Shown here piece after piece: positions 47,801-58,899 of a DNA stretch of 64,000 nucleotides (position 1 is the first letter of the stretch; every line of letters begins with the position of its first letter). Where the stretch lies: NCBI RefSeq assembly GCF_000143415.4, contig NW_003314303.1, positions 1,239,322 to 1,303,321 on the forward strand, given 5' to 3'. The notes under the pieces are model-generated. The model saw nothing but the letters and a program-made list of their open reading frames with translations, was not told the origin of the DNA and made no database searches. Position numbers and translations under genes: made by a program. The DNA is from Selaginella moellendorffii (taxonomy: Eukaryota; Plantae; Lycopodiophyta).

Positions 47801-50800
47801 TGTTGTAATGCATCCTGACACAAAATCATCAATAATAGGTGGATAAAACAATTAACAGGAGATACCTTCTGGATACTCAAGTTATGTTTAAGCTCTGCAA
47901 AAGTATGGCTGCTAAAGAGACGAAGTTCCTCAAAGCACATCACAGGCTCTTTGACCCCAGCCATAAGCTCTTGAATCCAGCCAGTTGCATGAGACATTGA
48001 GCCTTCTATTTCAGCCTTCAAATCCTCAAACGCTGTAGCCAATTGTACATATGATCTTCCCGCCTCATCTTTTTCTCGCTGCGACAAGGTATCAGCAAAA
48101 AATTAAGAAATGTTTTTTGTATTGGTACCTCTAACTGCATGTTGCGGGTGGTGATATGTTCAATTTGTTGATTTGATTCTTTTAGTTCTTCATGCAGCTG
48201 GAATAATCAATAAGTATTAGCTAGAAGGAAAAGACAAAACAGTACCCCCTCAAGAAGCTGTTTGGCGCTATTTGCCTGAATTTTCTGGTGCTCAATTCTG
48301 CTATCAAGCTCCCGTTGCATATAAAACTTCTCCATGTCTAGAGTTTCCACCTGCAAAGAAAAAACAGAACTAAAAAACAAACCACGAGGCACATGAAAAA
48401 GGTAAACCTGGCTTTGTAAAGCTGCGATAACTTCAGCATGGATATCAAGCTGATTTCCATCTAGGCTTTTACACCTCCGATCTCCATCAGTGTGCTTCGC
48501 CTCAGATTTGCAGGCTGTGGCCTTCAACTGTTCATTCTCGTGTCGCAGCTTATCAATCTGGAACGTCACTATAAGACAACAGCTCTCAAATGGTGGACCA
48601 CATACTTCGGAATTCGCAACTTCGTAATCGCAGTGTAAAGCCTGATATCGAGCTTGTAAATCCAGTAGTTCCTCCTGCCACAATTGTTAGATCATTTGTC
48701 TGTCGAAAAAACTAGTTCAGACCTCGTTGGCATGCAAGCGAGCAGATAATTTGTGTCGTCGATCACCAACAAAATTCGATGCACGTGGTGGGACAAACGT
48801 TTCCTTGTCCCCGCCAGTGACCTCCTTCGAATCGTTCATAGGAACGTCTTCTTCTTCTTTCAAGACCTCGAATGGCGGTGGGAGTTGCCGTTCGCGATTC
48901 GAAACAACATTTGCTTTAAGACTTTGAACCTGTTCACGACGACAGATTAGCTATCAATATTAGCAAACAACATGCTGAATCATACCTCTACTGCCGATTT
49001 TGATGATGTCAGCCGCGGACACCAGGTTTCTCGACGGTTTGTCTAAACAACTTGCAACTGTTGAGAGAAGCCAACATTTTCAAATTTACAAACCTTCTTC
49101 ATGCTTTTGTCGGTGTGCCGATCATCAACTGCCGAATTGAGTACCATGGTGCTTAAGTTCTCTATCTGTTCTTTCATGCGGCGTTCACGTTCAGCCTTAT
49201 TTTGTAGCTCAAGTGCCATCCTTTCTCTCTCCAGCTCAATCTGGAGAGTGCCTGATTAACCAGAAGCAAAGGTAGCTGGTCGACAATACCTTCAGCATAT
49301 CATTGCGCAAACTAAGTACTTCTTCTTCTAAGTGTTCAGAGTGGTTTTCCTGCACAAGATAATAATCAGACGTCATAGTACAAGTGCTTCCGCTAAAAAC
49401 CTGTAGCTTCTTTCTTAATTCCTCAATTTCTCTTTTCTGTCGTTTCAGCAGTGCGGCATCTGTAACAATCTGAGAAGAACAGAAGTATTGCTTCTCAGAG
49501 TTCCAAATACCAATGCATTTTTACCTCGTTCACTTGAGCACAATTAGTTACTCTTATAGCTCGACTGGCAAATTGTAGTGTACCCTTGGTCTCGTCAACG
49601 TGCACCTACAAATAAAAAGAGCATTCGGTAAGAAGGAAAAAAAGAGAGCAACCTATACCATTGCCGGTGTAACGTTACAGATGATAACAGTTCGAGCATT
49701 TCCACCTAAAGCAGGCTGAAGGATCCGCGTTAATTTGCTATCCCGGTAAGGGACGTGACCCCTTAGTAAACGAGTTAGTCGCCCCCAAGGTTATATATCA
49801 AAAGGCTCATACCCCTGACTTTCAATTCCTTCACTTAGTTTGTTGATTACAGTTCCGAGAGTCATCAAGCTTTTGTTGATATGAGAACCTTCTTTTAGGC
49901 GAGCTCCTTCAGCTCCGGTTTTAGCAACGCGTTCCGAGCCAGCCAAATCTACAAGATTCTGGCCAAAAGAGCTGCGCGGTCAGCAAGAAAAGAAACACTG
50001 TAATCAGAAAACTCACCAAAACGGAAACACGGACAGCGTCACAAGTTTGCAAGGCATCGTCCTGACTTCTGTCTCTACTTTCAATCACCTTGAAGAAAAA
50101 ATGAAATACAAAACTCAAATAGTCAAGAAGCACAATGTGTACCATTCTGAATATCGTATGAGACCTGCTACTGTACACATTCATATTTGTCTCGCCAACG
50201 TGCCGATGCGCTGCCAAAGCGAAAACACAGTAAGCCAAGGAATGGAGTAGAAAAATATATACCTTCTCCGAAGTCCAGCAACTGTAACACTTGTTCCGGA
50301 CAAGAAACTATCTCCTCCCTCAACCCAGCAACAAATATTCCACGCTACAGCATGGAGCTTGTTAAACAGTAGTTTCGACTGGAAAACTCTTACCTCAATG
50401 TTTTCATGAACTTGGAGCTTCCTGTTCTCCGGAGCCAAAAGATCATTAATTTCTTCATTGTAGATTTCCATGTATGATACCCGCAACAAAAACTCTCTAT
50501 CTTCCGCCTGCACATTGGAAAGAAAGCACAGTCATATAGGAAGCATCTGGAGCTACTCTACCTTCTGAATGTTGGCAAAAACATCTAGAACTGACAAAGG
50601 AACTATACCAGGCTCGCCAGGAGAACCTCTCATGGTGTAAGTCTTCCCGCTGCTCGTCTGCCCATAGGCGAAAACAGTTCCTGGAAAAAAAATTCTCCAA
50701 CTTCCAACCAAAAGAAGCAAGAACCTCAACTCACCATTGATGCCCTTCACGGCAGAGCTGATAATCGCTTTGGTATGAGCATCGTACAGCTCCACTGTTT

Positions 50801-51031
50801 TCTCTTCCGTCCCAAAAACGCTGTCTATCATCCAGAGCATTACTCGCAACAGCTCAAAGAGAAAGAATTGGCTATGAGCGTACCGAAGATGTAAGTGTGA
50901 CCGGGCAGCACCGTCCCAGTGGCAGCATTGCACAAAGAAATGGCGTTGGATGAGATCTTCCAAGGGCTTCCTTTGGCGGATTCCTGCTTGCTGAGCGGCC
51001 GGACACGAATGGAGACTACAATCTTCTCCAT
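44858..51031 (-). CDS. Kinesin-7 / CENP-E-like motor with a long coiled-coil tail, many exons
   Basis: Reads [59 protein letters not shown] and [21 protein letters not shown]. Confidence 0.93.
45650..46020 (-). repeat. Coding tandem repeat of ~42 bp (14 aa, L..EL..EH.K.E.) in the kinesin tail
   Basis: About 8-9 degenerate units, e.g. [28 protein letters not shown] and [14 protein letters not shown]. Confidence 0.85.
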
Positions 51032-51146
51032 CGCGGCAGTGGCGCCCTGATCTAGCCTAGAATACCTCTCAGCGAGCTCGCCCCGGCCCCAAAACCCTGA
51101 GGCGCGCGTCCATCGCTGCTCCGAGGAGCATATCCCTTAGGGCAAA

Positions 51147-51165
51147 TTTGAAATTTGGCGGGAAA
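51147..51165. promoter_or_regulatory. E2F site (TTTGGCGG / TTTCCCGCC) next to a TTTGAA element, upstream of the kinesin
   Basis: tttgaaatttggcgggaaa lies ~120 bp upstream of the kinesin ATG. Confidence 0.6.
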
Positions 51166-51171
51166 AAGGTT

Positions 51172-53177
51172 TTATCTCAGATCAATAACATCGAATTTCA
51201 CTTTGGGGTCTAGATATACATGGCTGGTTCTATGGTACAGTGCCGTTCCATCGCTTGTTGGATCGTGCCCATGGAAGCCACGCTTGGAGCATTGCTGGAT
51301 TACGTTCATTCCACCAGGGTCGGAGAGCCGAAAAATTCCAAAGTTTCTGCAAGAACAAAAGAATTCTCTCAGCTAGAGTTGAGCCAAACCATGGAGAAAT
51401 CTACTCACTTGGATGCGTCTTGCGGTGCCATCACGATCGCTATCGCTTCTGGCAACATCACCTGTGATGGAAAAGCTTGTTTCTTTTCGCAACGAAATAA
51501 AGAACACTGTGTACCTGGTAAGAGTAGTGTGTATGAACGTCGACGGATGACATGAAACAGGATTGCGTGGGATGTGTCTGCGGAAAAAGTGAGTTTGAGC
51601 TTCACAGAAAATGGAACGTCTAGTGCTTACGTGAATCCATCCCAGTTGAAATAGGCCACGCTTGTCTTGAGCGAAGAAAATCTCTTCCTCGTCTATCGTC
51701 TCGCACTGCAAGTAACTAAATAAGTTTCGTTACGTGATATTGATCGCTTACGGTATTGGCAGTCGCTTGTTGCTTCGGAATGATCAGGGCAGTCACAAAG
51801 AAATTCCCGCCTTCCTACAATCGCAAAAGACTACTATGAAAAATGCGATGTAAGCGCAAGTAGTTCGTACCAGGGAGCCGGCTAAAACCCCACAAGTCTC
51901 AATGTTTTTTGACGTGTTGGACTTCGCCATCCTCATAAACTCGTTCATCAGTGAAGATGACTGCAACGACACTCGTAAGCGTCAAAGAAAAAAATGAACT
52001 TATAATCGTTACCATATGCAAGTGCTTGGGTTCCTTTGACGGTAATGCATCGATTTCCAACGACAAGTCAGGCTCATTACTGACGGGCGAGCAGCTCTCT
52101 TGCGACATTTCAACTGGAACGGAGACAGGGGGAGGGGAGAGCTGATTTACTAGATCAAATTGCGAGGGTGGCTCCACTGGTTGAAGTAGAGTCACGACAT
52201 CTTCATCCTTTTGGTCCAAAACAGCTTCTAGAGCCTCAGGTTGAGTGGGCGGCGTTACACTGTTGAAAAACAAAACTTTAGCATCTTCTTTTTCTCTCTC
52301 GGTAAATGACCAATACCTGTTTGCTTCCGGAGGAGCGGGGTCGAAAAGGCATGGATATTGGATCTAAATTGCATGCTGTCAATGCCGCAGTAAGTACAAT
52401 TTCGCAAACCTTAAAAGGCTCCAAGGGCTTCGAAATGTGAGGCTTCGAGACGAGAAAAGAATGTCTAGCTATGGTCTCAGCACTGGGAGTGGGAAGCCTC
52501 CACGACCTGCATTTAAACAAAGAAAAACTCTAAGTACCGTATAAAGATCAGCAGCAGACATTACTAACAACTTGTTTTCGAACAAGGAAGCCTTATATAC
52601 ATTTCCGTTATTATCTTGAGAACTTAAAACAGGTTGTTGTTTCTCCTGGAAACCAAAAGAGCTCGAACAAGCATACAGAACAAAAGAGAGACATACCTGA
52701 CGAACTGGAATTGCTTGCCTAGTTGCCAGCTGATTTCTCGCACGAACCAGCGATTGTACATCAGGTTTTAGCGTTTCCAGCTCTTGCAAAGCCTCCACAA
52801 GTTTCTGAGCCACCACTGATCAGATTCATGAGCCTGGAGGAATAGATGAACTCACTTACTCTTTTCAAATGCAACTTATCCAGATGGTTGCTTCCCAGGT
52901 ACTGTCGATGATCCGGAATGGTTTCCGACACCAAGCTGGCGTACCGCAACAGCAACACATAGAGCTCCAGTGTATTAGCCTCACGCCTATAGACACTAGC
53001 CTGCCAAGAACAAACCCCAAATCACTGAGCGAGAATTCTCCCAATCAATCCTCCCAATACCTGTTTGAGGATGTTATCGGCTGTGCGGAAGTAGATCTTA
53101 AGCGACAGGCGATGATCCACGCGCCGCCGGGGAGCGAATGCCTCCACCGAGAACGCATCGCCATCCGCTGGCGCCAT
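51172..53177 (-). CDS. AMSH: AMSH-like JAMM/MPN+ deubiquitinase
   Basis: USP8-dimer-like N-terminus (RLSLKIYFRTADNILKQ, LRYASLVSETIPDH), then ETCGVLAGSL, LFQLGWIH, SSVDVHTH.SYQVMLPEAIAIVM and FDVIDLR. Confidence 0.92.
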
Positions 53178-53464
53178 TGCGCTCTCCAAAAACCCTAGAA
53201 ACCAATCCCCTGTTGAAGAGAGAAGAAAAAACAAAGAAAGTTCTTGCGTGTAAACCAACGACTAGGATCGACCAATCTCGGCCGTCCAAATCCTGCATAG
53301 AGATACAAAAAAAAAAGACCAAAACAAAACAAAGAAAAAAAAAACTTCACACTGTTAGAGAGAGAATAAGAACAACAACGTAGAACAAACGAAGAACACT
53401 GGATGGACGACTGCGTTTTACAAATAGAAGACGATGTGAAGATAGCTGGAAAAAATTCCGCGCG

Positions 53465-55048
53465 TTAGCCACCATAATCTTTAGCCGAGAACTTATCTTC
53501 CGGGTAGTATGTTGCCTGGACGGTCCTCTTGTCAAAGCTCCGGCCTTGCAATCCATGCCGCGCCTTGAGCGCCGAGACCAAATCCTTGTACTCGAGGAAC
53601 ACCTTCCCGAGCCCCGGAGCTCCATCGCCGCGAGGAATCTCCACGCTCACCAGCGGCCCATACTTCCCACACTCCTCCTTCATATCCTCGATGATCTCCG
53701 CGTACTCCTTCTCGTCTCGCAGCATCTCCTCGGACACGGCGTTGCAAAGGCACACCACCCGAGTCCCCAGCTCAGAGCTCTGCGGGAGAAGAACGAGCGC
53801 CGGGTTCCCGGACGAGTTCGTCGCGCGGTGGACGCGCAGGATCTTCCCCTCGAGTGGCTTCTGGTTGAGCGCTGCGCAAGCCGCGTCGGTGGATGCCGGG
53901 TTCTCGTAAACCGCGAAGCCATAGCCTTTGGACTTTCGAGTGTACGAGTCCTTGACGATGTCGAGCGCGCGGAGAGCTCCGAATGGTTCTAGCAGCTGGC
54001 GGACCTCCGCGTCGCCCCACTCGTAAGGGAGCCCCCCGATGAAGATCCTGTCCGGTCCATCGGCGTGAGCGCGGTAGACCAATCCAACTTTGTCGAGCCG
54101 CAGAGACGGGCTCGGCTGGGACGATCCAAACAGCATGGCGTGCTCGGGGTTGTAGTTACTGGGCCTCCGGATCCGGACTTGCGAGCCCTCGAAGATGATC
54201 CCGTCCAGAGCCATGGCGTTGCTGGCCTCCTCCACCGAGCGCATCTCAACAAACGCGTAGTTCTTGGCGTGGTCGATGAAGACGCTCACCACGGCGTCGC
54301 CACCCTGGCCGTAAGTGTTGCCTTCGATGACTGCCATGGCGTGGTTAAAGAAGGTGGCGATCCGGGCCTCGTCCACCACGGCCGGGAGGCCGCCAACGTA
54401 GACCCGGCGAGCCGGCTTGGTGATCTGCGGCATCTGTGGCATTCGCAGCACCACCGGGAGCTGGGCTATCCCGGCTGGAAGAACTACTGGTTGCGATGGC
54501 TGGACCTGGACCTGGACCTGCGAGGATTGCTGCTGCGATGGCTGGAGCTGCGATGCTTGCTGCGATTGCTGAAGCTGCTGAGGCTGTGCTTGCTGCTGCT
54601 GCTGCTGCTGTTGATGGTTTTGGTTCTGGCTCTCCGATCGAGAGCGCGATCTAGATCGCGGTGGCGATGGCGATGGCGATGATTTCCCACTGCTGCTACT
54701 GTCCCTTGTTCTTCTTCTTCGCCTTCTTTCTCTACTGCCGCTACTACTGCTGCTCGGGGATCTATATCGCCGGGGACGAGGCTGGTAAGAGCTCCTACTG
54801 TGGCGTCTACTGTCGTGGTTCCTATAGCGATTCCTCTCCCTGGACCTGGAGCGCATTCTCCTGTCGTCCCGGGAGCGCGAGCGCGCTCGCCGCCGGGAGC
54901 TCCCGCTGTGCCTGTGATCGTCGTTGCGGCGGCGCTCGTCTGGATCCCGCTGGCTCCTGCGGGTGCTGCTGGGCGGAGATTTTACCTCGTTGCGCGCGGA
55001 ATCGCCGTCCGGCTTAGATGGATCTGAGGTAGCGGCCCTAGGCGCCAT
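53465..55048 (-). CDS. U2AF65: U2AF large subunit-like paralog A, intronless and divergent
   Basis: RS domain, polyQ, RRM1 (ARRVYVGGLP, YAFVEMRSVEEASNAMALDGI), RRM2 (DRIFIGGLP) and a UHM (EDMKEECGKYG). Confidence 0.92.
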   Translation of the reverse strand: MAPRAATSDPSKPDGDSARNEVKSPPSSTRRSQRDPDERRRNDDHRHSGSSRRRARSRSRDDRRMRSRSRERNRYRNHDSRRHSRSSYQPRPRRYRSPSSSSSGSRERRRRRRTRDSSSSGKSSPSPSPPRSRSRSRSESQNQNHQQQQQQQQAQPQQLQQSQQASQLQPSQQQSSQVQVQVQPSQPVVLPAGIAQLPVVLRMPQMPQITKPARRVYVGGLPAVVDEARIATFFNHAMAVIEGNTYGQGGDAVVSVFIDHAKNYAFVEMRSVEEASNAMALDGIIFEGSQVRIRRPSNYNPEHAMLFGSSQPSPSLRLDKVGLVYRAHADGPDRIFIGGLPYEWGDAEVRQLLEPFGALRALDIVKDSYTRKSKGYGFAVYENPASTDAACAALNQKPLEGKILRVHRATNSSGNPALVLLPQSSELGTRVVCLCNAVSEEMLRDEKEYAEIIEDMKEECGKYGPLVSVEIPRGDGAPGLGKVFLEYKDLVSALKARHGLQGRSFDKRTVQATYYPEDKFSAKDYGG

Positions 55049-55638
55049 GACGCTCAAGAACCCTAGCTCTTCCCCCCTTTGTGTGTTTTAGTACAGTCAG
55101 GTAGGGTTCTACCTATAATCGAATCGATTCGATGGCCGCGGCCTCGAGCAAGCGAGCGCCAGCAAGGATTGTATCGCATTTCAATCCCTTCCTCTGGATC
55201 ATCGCATTCCAGAGCGCGCCATGGCAGGCGCAGTGGCGAAATCTCCTCACCGTGGTCTCGATCATCGCCATCGCAATGCTCGATGGCGCGAATCTATGCC
55301 CTGGATTTCCTCCACCAGTGATGGCAGCATATACCCGGGGCGGGCATCTCCATCCAATCGAAGAACACCGATGAATGATGGTAGCGATGGATTCCAGGCA
55401 AATCGAACGATGCCAGCTCTGCCATATCAGGCGGGGATCCGACGGCTCCGGCTGCCCGCCACGCCAGCAAATAAGGCGGGTAGGGTTCCAAGCTCTAGGG
55501 TTTGGTGTGTGTGGGAAGAAGCTCTGTGTCGAGGTAAGCGGCCGCTCGCTGGCTCTTGTTTCTCTCTGCTGATTCTCGGCGCCAGGATTCCCTCCAGATT
55601 CTAGGTTTCTTATGCTGTTCTGAGGCGATTTCCGGGGT

Positions 55639-57135
55639 ATGGCAGGGTACGAGGACGATCCTCCCGCAAGAGAGCAGCCGCAGAATGGGTCGGCCTATGA
55701 TCGAGAGGGCGAGAGGGATCGTCACAGCCGAGACAGGGATTTCGGCGGCCGGGATCGCGAGAGACGGCACCACCGGGACAGGGAAAGGGGCGACAGGGGC
55801 GGCGAGAAAGAAAAGGAAGAGGGCCGCTACGACAGGGACAGGGATCACCACCACCGCAAGGGCGGCCACCACGATCGCAAGCACCACAAGCGCCAGTCGA
55901 GATCACACTCGAGGTCCCGCGGCAAGTCCCGCGAGCACGACCACTCGAGATCGCGCTCGCGGTCCCGGTCGGGGTCCGAGGATCGCCGGGCCAAGAGGGC
56001 GAGTGGATTCGACGTGCCTCCGACCTCCACGACGCAGGTGCTCGCCAACCCCCCCGGCTTCTTCCCCGCGGTGATGCCGCCGCTGGCGGCCTTTGCCATG
56101 CCTCCGCAAACCATGACCCAGCAGGCCACTCGCCACGCCCGCCAAGTCTACGTCGGCGGCCTCCCGGGGCTCGTGAACGAGCAAACCATCGCCACCTTTT
56201 TCAACCAGGTGATGGTGAATGTCGGGGGCAACACCGCCGGCCCCGGGGACGTGGTCGTGAACGTCTACATAAACCAGGAGAAGAAGTTCGCGTTTGTGGA
56301 GATGAGGACGGTGGAGGAGGCGAGCAACGCCATGGCCCTGGACGGGATCAGCTTCCAGGGCGTGTCGGTGAGAGTGAGGAGGCCGAGTGACTACAACCCG
56401 TCGGTGGCTGCGAACCTCGGCCCCAGCCAGCCGAGTCCGAGCCTCAACCTCGCCGCCGTCGGGCTCACCCCCGGGGCCGGAGGCGGCGTTGACGGCCCCG
56501 ACAGGATCTTTGTCGGGGGCCTGCCGTACTACCTGACCGAGCCGCAGATCCGGGAGCTGCTGGAGTCGTTTGGCCCGCTTCGTGGGTTTGATCTCGTCAA
56601 GGACCGCGAGTCCGGGAACTCGAAAGGCTATGGCTTCTGCGTGTACCAGGATCCAAACGTGACGGACGTGGCCTGCGCGGCGCTCAACGGGCTGAAGATG
56701 GGGGACAGGACTCTGACGGTGCGGCGGGCGACGGCAAACGGGCAGCAGGCCGGGCAGGATCACGCTCACATCCTCAGCCTCGCCAAGAGCTTGACGATGA
56801 ACGGCGTGTTCCCGGACGAGGGCGCGACGAGGGTGCTGTGCCTCAAGGAGGCGGTGCTGGAGGCGGAGCTCATCGAGGACGAGCAGTTTGACGAGATACT
56901 GGAGGACATGCGCGACGAGTGCGGCAAGTTTGGGACGGTGCTCCACTTGGTGATACCGCGGCCGTCGCAGGCGGCTGAGGTGGACGGCGTGGGGAAGGTT
57001 TTCGTGCACTTTGAGGATACCGGCGCCGCGACGCGGGCGAGGATATCGCTCAACGGCAGGAAGTTTGATGGGAGGGCGGTGGTGGCGACTTACTACCCGG
57101 AGGAACAGTTCATGGTGGGGGATTTCAGTGGTTGA
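55639..57135 (+). CDS. U2AF65: U2AF large subunit paralog B, intronless CDS
   Basis: RD/RS domain, RASGFDVPP, QQATRHARQVYVGGLP, RRM2 (DRIFVGGLPYYLTE) and a UHM (EDMRDECGKFG). Confidence 0.95.
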   Translation: MAGYEDDPPAREQPQNGSAYDREGERDRHSRDRDFGGRDRERRHHRDRERGDRGGEKEKEEGRYDRDRDHHHRKGGHHDRKHHKRQSRSHSRSRGKSREHDHSRSRSRSRSGSEDRRAKRASGFDVPPTSTTQVLANPPGFFPAVMPPLAAFAMPPQTMTQQATRHARQVYVGGLPGLVNEQTIATFFNQVMVNVGGNTAGPGDVVVNVYINQEKKFAFVEMRTVEEASNAMALDGISFQGVSVRVRRPSDYNPSVAANLGPSQPSPSLNLAAVGLTPGAGGGVDGPDRIFVGGLPYYLTEPQIRELLESFGPLRGFDLVKDRESGNSKGYGFCVYQDPNVTDVACAALNGLKMGDRTLTVRRATANGQQAGQDHAHILSLAKSLTMNGVFPDEGATRVLCLKEAVLEAELIEDEQFDEILEDMRDECGKFGTVLHLVIPRPSQAAEVDGVGKVFVHFEDTGAATRARISLNGRKFDGRAVVATYYPEEQFMVGDFSG

Positions 57136-57490
57136 GTCGAAGAGGATGGTCTGGTCGACAAGCACAGGCGCAGGCTACACACTCGAGAGAGGCAGAAGGG
57201 GAAAAGCTCGTTTTGGTCGGCTGGTTTTGTTTCTTGGGTCTTGCAATGATCGAGCGAGACTATGGTTCGTGAGATGGAATTCAAGGGGTACCAGCCGGGC
57301 TGCTCTTGTAGTGTTCTCACGGTTTTCTTTTTTCTCTCTTTCGTTACTACTTGATAAGTTTGCGTTTGATGTGTAGGAATGAATGGGAGGAGCAACCTCC
57401 CAGGTATGTCTCTGTTTTACTTTTCTTTTCTTTCGATTTCACAGAACTTTGGAGTTGTGCGTTCCAGTACTATCCAGGTACACTCTTGGA

Positions 57491-58353
57491 TCATATCCCT
57501 TGGCTAAAGTTTGCTAAAGCTTGCTTCATTGTAGGATACGTGAAAGGAGCAGCTGCATGGCAATTGGAGTATTTGTCCACGAACTGGATCATCTCTCCGT
57601 ACGAGTAATCCATTTCTCCCTCGACCTTTGGAAACGGCAAGGAATGGCCTCGATCTGGATACTCGACAAGCTTTGCATCCTTTCCAGCTTTCGGGAGCTC
57701 TTGGTAGTACTCCACTTGGCGGCTGTAGAGCAAGTCTCGAACCAGCAGCAGCGATGGCGGCATTGGATCGATATCTCCTCGGCACTCGGGACTCTGCAGT
57801 AGTCATGGTCGCGGCTGGCACCCTCGGGGAGACAAAGTCGCCAGAGAGCATCGCAGTAGCGTGAGAACGTCGGGCCGCTGGAGCGACTGGATCTCGGACT
57901 TGGATCTCTCCTCGGCTCCAAAGAATGGAACTACTGTGGGATGAGTCCTTCGATCCCCAGCGGCGAGAGGTGGCAGTGGGTCAATCGGGCAGCCATGTCC
58001 TTCCGGAGCTGATGGCCGGGAGAAATCCACGTTCTGGAGCCAGGGGTCGCGATCCACGGGCGATTGCTGGGCCTGGGACTGAAGCCACTGAAGAGACACG
58101 AAAGAATCGTCACCCCATCTTTTGGGAGATGGCACCGCAAAGATATTGGAAAATGTCCAAAGCATGGGAGAAGGCGACGAATCCACTGCCATGGAAGTAG
58201 ACGAGTAGCGCGCGCTTGCCGGTGGTAGCCGATCTGATTCGAGCCCATATTCCCGTTCCTCGCTCCAGGATCACGCCCTTGCATCCAAATTCGCCCTTGT
58301 TGAAGCTCGGACAATCCGGGCACTACATCGCCCAGCAGCTCGCAATTGGCCAT
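57491..58353 (-). pseudogene. Carboxylesterase (CXE/HSL, GID1-like superfamily) pseudogene
   Basis: Fragments WLQSQA..DPWL..DFSR, PFFGAEERSKSE, DALWRLCLPEGASRDHDYC and DLLYSRQVEYY..L.KAGK lie in several frames. The HGG and GDSAG regions are lost or broken. Confidence 0.85.
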
Positions 58354-58899
58354 CGCCCACACAGAAAACAAAAGTATTGGAGAGGCATCTGTATATATAT
58401 AAAGCGAGGAGCGGAGGTCTGTAGCCGTCTGATCGCAGGCATGGGGAGGCTTGGTATCCACGGTGGGGGAAAAATAACGTGTAGCAATGCTCTCCTGGGC
58501 ACATGCCACATAAAATTTAGGGTTGTGCACAATTATTTGGAAGATGTGTGCTCAACAAGTTGTAGGCTTCATCCTATGGCTTGTGCTTTTAGAATTGACC
58601 AGCACTAGAACTACTCCAGATCTTCCAAGACCAATACCAAGAAACTAAGTTATGCATTGGCACTTCCTAACATGTGGTTGGTGAGTTTAGTCACTGAGAG
58701 CAACTTGAGACTGCTGCGTTGGGTGTTTGCCAGCCAATGAAATGAAAGCATGCTGGCTAGGACAGAGGAACACCTATTTGACACTGAAAAAAGGCCACAT
58801 CATGATAGCTGTTGGGACAAGGTTCCATGGCTTTGTTGGTGGCTCTGTTTGATTGAGAGATTGGAAGAAAAATGTTCTTTTATGTGTTCTATTCTTTAG

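Noticed and set aside
55132-55604. ORFs in the spacer between the U2AF65 genes
   Set aside because: No recognisable homology; they overlap the expected promoter and 5'UTR region.
57491-58353. GID1 gibberellin receptor
   Set aside because: Only generic CXE-family motifs are seen and the reading frame is broken.
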